Positions 9,411 through 17,322 of a stretch of 64,000 nucleotides of DNA are shown piece by piece (within the stretch, counting starts at the first letter, position 1; each line of letters starts with the position of its first letter). The stretch comes from Candidatus Omnitrophota bacterium. GTDB taxonomy: Bacteria; Omnitrophota; Gorgyraeia; Gygaellales; Profunditerraquicolaceae. The notes under the pieces were generated by a model. It made no database searches. It was given only the letters and a program-made list of their open reading frames with translations, and was not told the origin of the DNA. Made by a program: the position numbers and the translations under genes. Location of the stretch: NCBI GenBank assembly GCA_003598025.1, contig QZKH01000002.1, forward strand, positions 74,133 to 138,132. Direction: 5' to 3'.

Positions 9411-9932
9411 ATGAAAAGGGGCCTTACACTAATAGAAATACTTGTTGCTTCAAGTATCCTGATATTATTAATACTTGCTGTGTTTCAGGTAATGGAAGCA
9501 GGAAGGAGCGCAGTATTTACCGGGGATTTAACAGTGCAATTGCGCCAGGAGATAATCAGAACTTTTATGAGGATGGAAAGGGAGTTAAAAGAGGCACGCC
9601 CCGCGCTGGTGAGTTTAACAAGCGGCAATAGTAGTTCGACTATCACATTCAGTGTCCCTCAGGATATTAATGGCGACGGGACGGTTTTGGATGATTTTGG
9701 CGCTATTGAATGGTCTGCCGTTATTACATATGCTTTAAACGGTTCTAATCAAATAATCAGGACTTCATCCGGTGTTACTAATGTGCTTGCAAACGATATT
9801 GTCAGTTTACAGTTCAGCAGGCCGCTTTCCCCTGTTAATATCTTACAGATTGATATGACGGCGCGCAAGATTTCTTCTTCTGGCAGGCAGTTACAGGACG
9901 CCGGGCAAATGGTAATAGAAATGAGGAATTGA
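9411..9932 (+). CDS. prepilin-type N-terminal cleavage/methylation domain protein (PilW-like)
   Basis: N-terminus MKRG-LTLIEILVASSIL is the canonical G/xTLxE pilin leader. Contains a DINGDGTVLDD loop. Confidence 0.7.
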   Translation: MKRGLTLIEILVASSILILLILAVFQVMEAGRSAVFTGDLTVQLRQEIIRTFMRMERELKEARPALVSLTSGNSSSTITFSVPQDINGDGTVLDDFGAIEWSAVITYALNGSNQIIRTSSGVTNVLANDIVSLQFSRPLSPVNILQIDMTARKISSSGRQLQDAGQMVIEMRN

Positions 9933-9935
9933 TAA

Positions 9936-11243
9936 ATGCAATATTTCTTCCCAAGGTTAGCAAATAAAAAGGGAGTAGCTTTAATTACTACATTCTTTGC
10001 AATTACCGTGCTGCTTATTTTTTGCGGGCTTTTTGTTATGGTAAGTATAAGCCAAAATATGGCCTCGGATAGGTTCAGAAGGAGAACGCGCGCTTTTTAC
10101 CTGGCTGAATCGGGTTTAGACAGGGCAATTTTTTGGTTAAGGACGCAACCTTCTCCGCCCGTAGGAGACAAGATTGATCCGTGGGGGGGCGCGCAGAATT
10201 TAGGCGAAGGCAGCTATACAGTTTCTATCTTTGACCTGGGCATGGTGGGAGCCAATTCCAGTATCCGAAGGTACAGGGTAAGGTCTTCAGGGTCTTTTGG
10301 GAATATAACCCGCACTTTGACTAATTATGTACAGGTTGATAACTACGCCCGGTATCTCTGGTTTACGGATCGGGAGGTTTATGGAGGAGTAAATGTCTGG
10401 TTTTGGACGCAGGACAGGCTAAACGGCCCAACGCATACCAATTCTCACTTCAATATTTATGGCAATCCTGTTTTTGAAAGCGAGGTCCGCTCCGTAGACG
10501 ACTATATAAGGTTTTATAATAACGGTATTAATGTTAATTTGCAGCAGACTTCCAATTCACCTTATGATGAACCAGTTTTTCTGGAAGGAGTTGACTTCGG
10601 AGTGCAGCCAACAACAATGCCTAACCAGGCTTTAAGCCTGCGCTCAGCGGCAAATAGCAGCGAAGGCATTTATTTAAGCGGCAATACAAAGGTGGTACTA
10701 AACAGCGACGGGACAATGAGTGTCACTAATTCCAAGAAAAAGTGGAAAGACAAAGATATGCCATTACCGGCAAACGGCGCCCTCTTTGTCAATAACGGTT
10801 CTTTGCATGTTTCCGGAACGCTTAATGGAAGGCTTACGGTCGGTTCCAGCAGTGATGTGGTCATCCCGGATAGCATTGTATACGCCGATGACCCAAAGCT
10901 TAACCCCAATTCCGATGATGTCCTCGGGGTTATTTCCGAAAGAGATATAGTTGTAAGTTATGACGCGCCTCACGATCTTGAGATAGACGCTTGCATGATG
11001 TCCCTGGGTACATCTTTTATGATGGAGGATTGGTGGGTAGGCCCGGCTAAAGGCACATTATCTGTTTATGGCGGTATAATTCAGGATGAAAGGGGTCCCG
11101 TCGGGACTTTTAACAGCCTGGCCGGGACAAAAGTAAGCGGGTACTCAAAAGATTATTCTTATGACCCGAGATTGCTGAGCAACCCGCCGCCTTACATGCC
11201 AACAACCGGCGATTATATAACTTTATCCTGGCAGGAGAATTAA
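9936..11243 (+). CDS. PilX-N-domain pilus-associated protein
   Basis: 435 aa. NKKGVALITTFFAITVLLIF...AFYLAESGLDRAIFWL matches the PilX N-terminal pattern. The remainder is a large beta-rich domain of unknown family. Confidence 0.5.
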   Translation: MQYFFPRLANKKGVALITTFFAITVLLIFCGLFVMVSISQNMASDRFRRRTRAFYLAESGLDRAIFWLRTQPSPPVGDKIDPWGGAQNLGEGSYTVSIFDLGMVGANSSIRRYRVRSSGSFGNITRTLTNYVQVDNYARYLWFTDREVYGGVNVWFWTQDRLNGPTHTNSHFNIYGNPVFESEVRSVDDYIRFYNNGINVNLQQTSNSPYDEPVFLEGVDFGVQPTTMPNQALSLRSAANSSEGIYLSGNTKVVLNSDGTMSVTNSKKKWKDKDMPLPANGALFVNNGSLHVSGTLNGRLTVGSSSDVVIPDSIVYADDPKLNPNSDDVLGVISERDIVVSYDAPHDLEIDACMMSLGTSFMMEDWWVGPAKGTLSVYGGIIQDERGPVGTFNSLAGTKVSGYSKDYSYDPRLLSNPPPYMPTTGDYITLSWQEN

Positions 11244-11246
11244 TAT

Positions 11247-11690
11247 ATGAAGCCAAAGACAATATATATTATTACTGCAGCTTTAGCAGCGGTTGTCTTT
11301 TCGCTGACTATGTCCATAAGTTTTAAGGATGATAATAAACAGCCTACATTGATGAAAAGGCAAGCCCGTGTCCATAGAACTGAATTTCCCGGTCCTTCAT
11401 TTACAAGTCAGCAGTCTTATAGCGGGTTTACCTCGGTGCCCGGTATTACCGTTGTAAAACCTCCGAAAAAGAAAGAGCCTGTTGAGTCAGTAATAAATAA
11501 TGAACCTTTATCGGATAAGCAAGATATCATTGATAAACAAAGCGTGGATGTTTCCCAAAAAGAGCCTTCCGGATCCCCGGACGAAAATAACGAAGAAGAT
11601 AATAGCACCTCAGGTATTACCGAGCTAAATAAGCGCCCCCCGGAAAAAGAAGCCCGCGAAATGAATCAACATGGGATTATGATGTGGTAA
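11247..11690 (+). CDS. hypothetical membrane-anchored protein with acidic low-complexity tail
   Basis: 147 aa. Single N-terminal TM, then a Pro/Glu/Ser/Asp-rich region. Last gene of the pilin operon. Confidence 0.4.
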   Translation: MKPKTIYIITAALAAVVFSLTMSISFKDDNKQPTLMKRQARVHRTEFPGPSFTSQQSYSGFTSVPGITVVKPPKKKEPVESVINNEPLSDKQDIIDKQSVDVSQKEPSGSPDENNEEDNSTSGITELNKRPPEKEAREMNQHGIMMW

Positions 11691-11692
11691 TT

Positions 11693-11734
11693 CTGCTACG
11701 CCCTAAGTAGGCTCAAGTAGGTAGGGCTTCGCAG
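11693..11734. terminator. stem-loop at the convergence of the pilin operon and tRNA-Leu (possible bidirectional terminator)
   Basis: CTGC-tac-GCCCTA, a 16-nt loop, then TAGGGC-ttc-GCAG. No U-tract on either side. Confidence 0.3.
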
Positions 11735-11742
11735 CAATATAA

Positions 11743-11825
11743 TGCCGAGAGAGGGAGTTGAACCCTCACGAGGTTGCCCTCACCAGTTTTTGAGACTGGC
11801 GTGTATGCCATTCCACCACCTCGGC
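11743..11825 (-). tRNA. tRNA-Leu (anticodon CAA), type II with long variable arm
   Basis: Folded by hand. Acceptor GCCGAGG/TCTCGGC; anticodon arm CCAGT-CTCAAAA-ACTGG; variable stem GAGG/CCTC; T arm GAGGG-TTCAACT-CCCTC. CCA is not encoded. Confidence 0.9.
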
Positions 11826-11924
11826 ATAAGTAGATTTGTTTTGAGGTAAGAATATTTACCAGGAAATGCTAGCTACGGCATTTGCTGATTTGCCTTACTT
11901 TTAGCTACAGCAAATCAATCCTGG

Positions 11925-12271
11925 GGCCTTTTAGCCCGAAGGATTTGGACCGTTTTACGCTCGTTTAGTGCCACTTCAAATTTTCCTTGTCGGAAAATAG
12001 TTATGTGGTGGCGCCGCACTCGCTGCCTCACTTGTCGCTCGGCTACGCTCGTTGCGGCATCCACCAATTTTTTCCTTACCGGAAAATTAAAATCCAAGGC
12101 ACTGAACTCGCTACGGTCCTTGTCGGACCGTTTTACGCTCGTTTAGTGCCACTTCAAATTTTCCTTGTCGGAAAATTAAAATCCAAGGCACTGAACTCAC
12201 TACGGTCCTTGTCGGACCGTTTTACGCTCGTTTAGTGCCACTTCAAATTTTCCTTGTCGGAAAATTTGAAG
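11925..12271. repeat. about four copies of an 89-bp tandem repeat (two near-identical, one partial, one diverged) rich in hairpins
   Basis: The core GGACCGTTTTACGCTCGTTTAGTGCCACTTCAAATTTTCCTTGTCGGAAAAT starts at 11947, 12125 and 12214 (period 89). A ~70% diverged copy lies at 11999-12085. The array fills the spacer between the two minus-strand tRNA genes. Confidence 0.85.
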
Positions 12272-12344
<73 letters not shown>

Positions 12345-12364
12345 ATTATTATATTTTGCGTTCG

Positions 12365-12519
12365 TCCCGAGCTACCTTCTCTTGTCTTATGTACCGAGGA
12401 GCAGCCCCATATTTAAAATTTAAAGCTCAGTATACACTCCCAGTCCCGACGCTCATTTGCATTCGGTCGGGATGCCGACTTCACGTATTTTGTGAACGTC
12501 GGCACTGAGCTACAGCCCC
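12365..12519 (-). other. two degenerate, interrupted copies of the tRNA-Ala 5' segment (pseudo-tRNA fragments)
   Basis: On the minus strand, 12519-12505 equals tRNA positions 1-15 (GGGGCTGTAGCTCAG). A 61-nt insert of two hairpins follows (12504-12444), then CTGGGAG (positions 16-22) at 12443-12437. A second fragment has GGGGCTG at 12408-12402 and TAGCTCGGGA at 12374-12365. Confidence 0.6.
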
Positions 12520-12594
12520 ATATTGGCTTAAATTTAGTGTATTAAATATAACATTCGGCTATAGCATTGTCAATACCTTCTGGCTGCCAAACAA

Positions 12595-12691
12595 GTTCAT
12601 GGTTGATAGTTCAAGGTTCATGGACTATGTTAGCGCTTATAGCTATTAAGATTATCTATGAACTATGAACCATGAACAATGAACTATAAAC
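12595..12691. repeat. inverted pair of heptamer arrays (GTTCATN x4, 34-nt spacer, NATGAAC x5)
   Basis: Left arm 12595-12622: GTTCATG GTTGATA GTTCAAG GTTCATG. Right arm 12657-12691: TATGAAC TATGAAC CATGAAC AATGAAC TATAAAC. Confidence 0.9.
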
Positions 12692-12701
12692 CAAGTAGCC
12701 C

Positions 12702-12730
12702 TTGACGCTCCTTACCCCCTGGGGTATAAT
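12702..12730 (+). promoter_or_regulatory. near-consensus sigma70 promoter TTGACG-17-TATAAT (nfo operon)
   Basis: TTGACG at 12702-12707, a 17-nt spacer, and TATAAT at 12725-12730. Confidence 0.6.
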
Positions 12731-12740
12731 GGGTGAAATT

Positions 12741-13583
12741 ATGATATTAGGGGTCCATGTTTCTGCAGCAGGCAATATTTATGATTCGCTTGAGCGTGCC
12801 TATGGGTTAGGCTGTAATACTATGCAGATATTTTCGCGCAATCCTCAAAGATGGCGCGATAATTTTTTAGGGGAGCACGATTTCGATGAATTTCGTAAGG
12901 CTAAGCAAAAATTTAAAATAAACCCCGTCTTTATCCATATACCTTATTTGATAAACCTGGCTTCTCCTGAGCCGGGGCTTTACCGGGCTTCAATCCGCGC
13001 ATATATTGAAGATATTGTTGAAGCAGATAAACTAGGCGCTGATTTTATCGTAACGCATATGGGCAGCCATAAGAAAACATCTGAAAGCCTCGGGATTAAA
13101 AGATTGACGGCTGCCCTGAATAAAATTGCCTTAGCAACAAAAGATTCCAAAGTCGGGATCCTGCTTGAAAATACATCCGGTTCCGGAAGCTGGCTGGGTT
13201 ATGATTTTACGCACCACAAGCGGGTTTTTGATAATTTGAAGGACAGGCAGCGTTTCGGCATATGCCTTGATACCGCCCATGCTTTTTCTGCGGGATATGA
13301 TATATCGAACAAGCCGGGGCTGGATGCGATGCTTGGGGAAATAGACAGGCTGGTTGGTTTAGGTTTGATCAGGTTGATACATCTGAATGACTCAGCTTCA
13401 AGACTTGGGCAGCACTTTGATAAGCACCAGCATATAGGGAAAGGCTATATCGGCATCCCGGGTATGAAAAATATCATTAACCATAAAGGGCTTAAAGATA
13501 AGCCCTTTATATTAGAAACCCCCAAAGAGTATCAATCTTCCGATATTGATAACTTGGAAACAGTGAGGAAACTGAGAAAATGA
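12741..13583 (+). CDS. nfo: endonuclease IV (AP endonuclease family 2)
   Basis: MILGVHVSAAG is a typical Nfo N-terminus. Contains ILLENTSG, HLNDS and HQHIGKGYIG. The track start at 12702 coincides with the -35 box, so ATG 12741 (or 12728) is preferred. Confidence 0.88.
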   Translation: MILGVHVSAAGNIYDSLERAYGLGCNTMQIFSRNPQRWRDNFLGEHDFDEFRKAKQKFKINPVFIHIPYLINLASPEPGLYRASIRAYIEDIVEADKLGADFIVTHMGSHKKTSESLGIKRLTAALNKIALATKDSKVGILLENTSGSGSWLGYDFTHHKRVFDNLKDRQRFGICLDTAHAFSAGYDISNKPGLDAMLGEIDRLVGLGLIRLIHLNDSASRLGQHFDKHQHIGKGYIGIPGMKNIINHKGLKDKPFILETPKEYQSSDIDNLETVRKLRK

Positions 13584-13987
13584 ACAATGAAAAAAAATTT
13601 AAGATCATGATTGTAGACGATGAGCCTGATGTTATTGAATCCTTGAGTTCCAGGATCGCCAGGGAAGGATACGATGTTTCTTCTGCTTATGACGGACAGG
13701 AGGCATTAGATAAAATGGTAAATGACCTGCCCGATATAGTGCTGTTAGACCTGATGATGCCTAAGCTCAACGGCTTTGACGTGCTTAAGGAGATACGAAA
13801 AAAATATAAAGATAAATGGATACCGGTAATAATCGTGAGTGCCAAGACAGAGCTTGAATCGGTAAAACAATGCTACTCGCTTGAGGCAGACCATTATTTG
13901 ACAAAACCATGTACAATTGAAAAAATATTGCAGGGCATAGAGACGATGATCTCATTGATACCGCTAAGAAGGAACGATAACAAGTAA
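13580..13987 (+). CDS. single-domain response regulator (CheY-like receiver)
   Basis: Contains [24 protein letters not shown] (phospho-acceptor Asp) and PVIIVSAK. No output domain. Confidence 0.85.
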   Translation: MNNEKKFKIMIVDDEPDVIESLSSRIAREGYDVSSAYDGQEALDKMVNDLPDIVLLDLMMPKLNGFDVLKEIRKKYKDKWIPVIIVSAKTELESVKQCYSLEADHYLTKPCTIEKILQGIETMISLIPLRRNDNK

Positions 13988-13988
13988 T

Positions 13989-16406
13989 ATGGAATATGAT
14001 TTTAAGGAAATAGAGAAGAAGTGGCAGGGATATTGGGATAAGAGCGGTCTATACCGCGCTGAATATTCTCCGGGCAATAAGAAATATTATTTGCTTGAGA
14101 TGTTCCCTTATCCTTCGGGCAAGATACATATGGGCCATGTAAGGAATTATGCCATTGCCGACGTTGCCGCAAGGTTTAAGTTGATGCAGGGTTATAATGT
14201 CCTGCATCCGATGGGTTTTGACGCTTTTGGCCAGCCTGCAGAAAACGCTGCAATCAAGAACAAAACCAAGCCCGATGCCTGGACCCATAAATGCATAGAC
14301 TGGATGCGCGTTGAGCTTAAGAAGATGGGTTTTTCTTATGATTGGGCAAGGGAGGTATCTACCTGCGACAGCACTTATTATAAGTGGAACCAATGGATAT
14401 TCCTTAAAATGTTTGAGAAGGGCCTTGCTTACAAGAAAGCCTCGAATGTAAACTGGTGCCCGAACTGCGAAACCACACTTGCTAATGAAGAAGTGATAAG
14501 TGAAGAGTGCTGGAGATGCCATAGCAAAGTTGAGCAGCGTAAACTTGACCAGTGGTTTTTAAAGATCACCGGATATAAAGAACGGCTGCTTGAAGATCTG
14601 GGAAAGCTTAAAAATTGGCCGGAGCGCGTTATTGCAATGCAGTCTAACTGGATCGGCAGGAGCCAGGGCGTGGAGATTTATTTTAAAATTAAAGGCAATG
14701 ATGATATCACGATACCGGTTTTTACCACCCGTGTAGATACTATATTCGGCGCCAGCTACGTAGTTTTAGCACCGGAGCATCCTTTGGTCGAGGATATTAT
14801 AAAAGGCATAGCACATGAGCCAGAGATCAGGAAGTTTATCAATAAGGTAAAGAAAGAAAAAAAGAACATACTCTCCAAAGAAGATGTTAAAAAAGAGGGT
14901 ATTTTCAGCGGCCGTTATTGTATCAACCCGGTGAATAATGAAACTATCCCTGTTTGGATCGGTGATTATGTTTTAATGGAGTATGGCACAGGCGCGATTA
15001 TGGCAGTGCCGGCTCATGACCAGAGGGATTTTCTTTTTGCTAAAGAACATGGGTTACCTATGAGAATAGTTATAAACAGTCCACAGTCCACAGTCCACAG
15101 TCCACAGGAATTGACTGAAGCGTATGAGGGGGATGGTTTCCAGGTTAATTCTGGGCAATTTGATGGATTGGATAACCAAAAGGCAAAGTCCGAGATTGCA
15201 AAGTGGATGGAGGCAAAAGGGATAGGCAAAATCCAGACACACTGGAGGCTGCGCGATTGGCTTATATCAAGACAGCGATATTGGGGTACACCTATACCGG
15301 TTATATATTGTGAAAAATGCGGGATCGTGCCTGTCCCATATCATGACCTGCCTGTTGAATTGCCGGCTGATGCCCCTTTTACCGGTGAGGGTGGCAGCCC
15401 CTTGGCAAAAGTGAAAAAATTTGTAAATGTCAAATGCCCTAAATGCAATGGCTCTGCCAGGCGCGAAACAGATACCATGGCTACTTTTTTTGACTCGTCG
15501 TGGTATTTCCTGAGATTCTGTTCCCCTTCTTTTAATGAGGCGCCTTTTGATAAGCAGGAGGCTAGATATTGGATGCCAGTTGACCAGTATATCGGGGGAA
15601 TAGAGCACGCTATTTTACATTTACTCTATTCACGCTTTTTTACTAAATTTTTCAAAGACCTGGGGATGGTGGAATTTGACGAGCCGTTTACATGCCTGCT
15701 TACACAGGGGATGGTCCTTAAAGAAGGCGAAGTAATGTCAAAGTCAAAAGGTAATATAGTTGACCCAGATTCGATTATAAAGAAATACGGTGCAGATGCC
15801 CTGCGGCTTTTTATACTTTTTGCCGCGCCTCCGGAAACTGAACTGGAGTGGGATGACAGGGGGATTGAGGGAGCATCCAAGTTCTTAAACAGGGTATGGC
15901 GCCTGCAGGATAACCTAAGGGATGGCCCGGCAGATAAATCAGGAGGGCTGGCCACCGCAAAAATACTGCATAAAACAGTTAAGAAAGTAACTGATGATAT
16001 AAATCAGTTTAAATTTAATACCGCGATTGCCAGTTTAATGGAGCTGACAAATGTTTTATATCAGTCCGGGGCAGATAAAGAGGATTATTCTACGTTAGTT
16101 GTGTTGCTGGCCCCGATAGCCCCGCATTTTGCAGAGCAAATTTGGGAGAATTTAGGGAACAAAGAATCTGTATTTAAGGCAAAATGGCCGCAGTATAACC
16201 CGGATTATCTTTTTGATTCTGTTGTTGATATAGTAGTCCAGGTAAATGGTAAGCTGCGCTCTAAGCTCGCAGTCCCGTTTGATGTTAGAGAAGAAGAGTT
16301 AAAAGAATTAGTCTTGCGTGATCAGAAGGTACAACCCTGGATTAGCGGTAAGAATATCAGAAGTTTTATATTCGTGCCCAACAAACTTGTCAACATCGTA
16401 GTCTGA
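13989..16406 (+). CDS. leuS: leucine--tRNA ligase
   Basis: 805 aa. Contains HMGHVRNY (HIGH), VMSKSKGN (KMSKS) and a CP1 editing domain. Confidence 0.97.
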   Translation: MEYDFKEIEKKWQGYWDKSGLYRAEYSPGNKKYYLLEMFPYPSGKIHMGHVRNYAIADVAARFKLMQGYNVLHPMGFDAFGQPAENAAIKNKTKPDAWTHKCIDWMRVELKKMGFSYDWAREVSTCDSTYYKWNQWIFLKMFEKGLAYKKASNVNWCPNCETTLANEEVISEECWRCHSKVEQRKLDQWFLKITGYKERLLEDLGKLKNWPERVIAMQSNWIGRSQGVEIYFKIKGNDDITIPVFTTRVDTIFGASYVVLAPEHPLVEDIIKGIAHEPEIRKFINKVKKEKKNILSKEDVKKEGIFSGRYCINPVNNETIPVWIGDYVLMEYGTGAIMAVPAHDQRDFLFAKEHGLPMRIVINSPQSTVHSPQELTEAYEGDGFQVNSGQFDGLDNQKAKSEIAKWMEAKGIGKIQTHWRLRDWLISRQRYWGTPIPVIYCEKCGIVPVPYHDLPVELPADAPFTGEGGSPLAKVKKFVNVKCPKCNGSARRETDTMATFFDSSWYFLRFCSPSFNEAPFDKQEARYWMPVDQYIGGIEHAILHLLYSRFFTKFFKDLGMVEFDEPFTCLLTQGMVLKEGEVMSKSKGNIVDPDSIIKKYGADALRLFILFAAPPETELEWDDRGIEGASKFLNRVWRLQDNLRDGPADKSGGLATAKILHKTVKKVTDDINQFKFNTAIASLMELTNVLYQSGADKEDYSTLVVLLAPIAPHFAEQIWENLGNKESVFKAKWPQYNPDYLFDSVVDIVVQVNGKLRSKLAVPFDVREEELKELVLRDQKVQPWISGKNIRSFIFVPNKLVNIVV
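15076..15108. repeat. tandem heptamer array (ACAGTCC x4.7, equivalent to GTCCACA units) inside leuS
   Basis: Read directly from the sequence. Encodes [11 protein letters not shown] in a variable linker after the HDQRDF...GLP segment. Confidence 0.9.
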
Positions 16407-16407
16407 T

Positions 16408-16788
16408 TTACCCCTGCCTGTTTTTCAATATATCCTTGATAATAAAGATCAATTTATTATAATCCAACGGTTTTTCGCAATATTCAGCAATCCCGCTTTT
16501 TGCCGCAATATGTTTGTCAATATCCTCTTTTTTCAGTGAAATCGCAATAATCGGTATATCCGTAAGTTTGGGTTCGGCTTTTATGTCTTTTGCAATCCTG
16601 AATCCGCTTTGGTCGGGAAGCATAAGGTCCAACAGAATTATATCAGGCTTGATTCCTCTGACCTTACCCAAGGCTTCTTCGCCGTTACCACATGTAAAAA
16701 CTTCAAACCCTTCGGGTTTAAGAAGGTCCGTTATCTCGCGCACGGTGTTATTGTCGTCGTCGATTACAAGGATCCTGGGGGTGTCCAT
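16408..16788 (-). CDS. single-domain response regulator (CheY-like receiver)
   Basis: Contains MDTPRILVIDDDNN, DIILLDLMLPDQSG and PIIAISLK. The track start at 16845 lies inside the heptamer array, so Met at 16788 is preferred. Confidence 0.8.
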   Translation of the reverse strand: MDTPRILVIDDDNNTVREITDLLKPEGFEVFTCGNGEEALGKVRGIKPDIILLDLMLPDQSGFRIAKDIKAEPKLTDIPIIAISLKKEDIDKHIAAKSGIAEYCEKPLDYNKLIFIIKDILKNRQG

Positions 16789-16839
16789 ATAAATAATTAT
16801 ACCTAAAATATCTGGCGAATGCAAAGAAAAGGATATTTG

Positions 16840-16935
16840 GTTCATAGTTCATAGATCATGGTTCATAGATAATTTATGCTGACGCTTACATTTATCCATG
16901 CTAAGACAACCAACCATGAACCATGCTCTATGAAC
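16840..16935. repeat. inverted pair of heptamer arrays in the divergent intergenic region
   Basis: Left arm 16840-16867: GTTCATA GTTCATA GATCATG GTTCATA. After a 47-nt spacer, right arm 16915-16935: CATGAAC CATGCTC TATGAAC. Confidence 0.85.
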
Positions 16936-16989
16936 CAATCCCTGTTAGAAATAACATCTGTATGCGTCTTATATCAGGAGGGCAAAAAT

Positions 16990-17322
16990 GTGCTTTTCTT
17001 AACCAAAGATGAAAAAAAGGCAATAATATTTATTGCGGCGCTTATCTTTATTGGGATCAGCAGTAAAATTTTATTAAAGAAGTGCCAAAAAATGGAAAGA
17101 ATGTATTTTGTTTCTTCCGACGAGTTCAAGCTGGACATAAATAAAGCCAAGTATGAAGATTTATTGGGCATCAAAGGCATAGGGCCTTCTTTGGCTGATA
17201 GGATAATTGAATACAGGAATTTGCAGGGGGGATTTAAAAATATAGAGGAATTAAAAAATATCCATGGTGTCGGAGAAAATAAATTCTGCAGGCTGAAGGA
17301 TTTCTTGAAAGCCGATCAATGA
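16990..17322 (+). CDS. comEA: ComEA family DNA-binding competence protein (helix-hairpin-helix)
   Basis: Contains INKAKYEDLLGIKGIGPSLADRIIEYR...FKNIEELKNIHGVGENKF (HhH motifs) and an N-terminal TM. GTG 16990 lies 8 nt after AGGAGG. The track start at 16876 runs through the repeat array. Confidence 0.75.
   Translation: MLFLTKDEKKAIIFIAALIFIGISSKILLKKCQKMERMYFVSSDEFKLDINKAKYEDLLGIKGIGPSLADRIIEYRNLQGGFKNIEELKNIHGVGENKFCRLKDFLKADQ

Noticed and set aside
11705-11725. Short motif AAGTAGG repeated at 11705-11725, with its inverse CCTACTT at 18735-18750 and a partial copy at 12693, near heptamer arrays.
   Set aside because: The motif is too short and has too few copies to distinguish from chance by eye. 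It may be part of the heptamer-element flanks but is not supportable as a separate feature.
12125-12260. Sigma54-like TGGCAC-N5-GAGC motif on the minus strand of each 89-bp unit.
   Set aside because: Only the GG-N10-GC spacing fits. The -12 TTGC element is absent, the diverged copy loses the spacing, and no enhancer-binding protein or obvious target gene is present. It cannot be supported from the sequence alone.
11925-12271. Possible CRISPR array (regular repeats with ~37-nt intervening segments).
   Set aside because: The intervening segments are themselves repeated (one mismatch between copies), so this is a simple 89-bp tandem repeat. There are no unique spacers and no cas genes in the window.
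12345-12520. tRNA-Ala partial duplication as an att site of an integrated element.
   Set aside because: The duplicated segment is the 5' part of the tRNA rather than the 3' end usually targeted. The copies are only ~160 nt apart, and no integrase or foreign-looking genes lie between or nearby.
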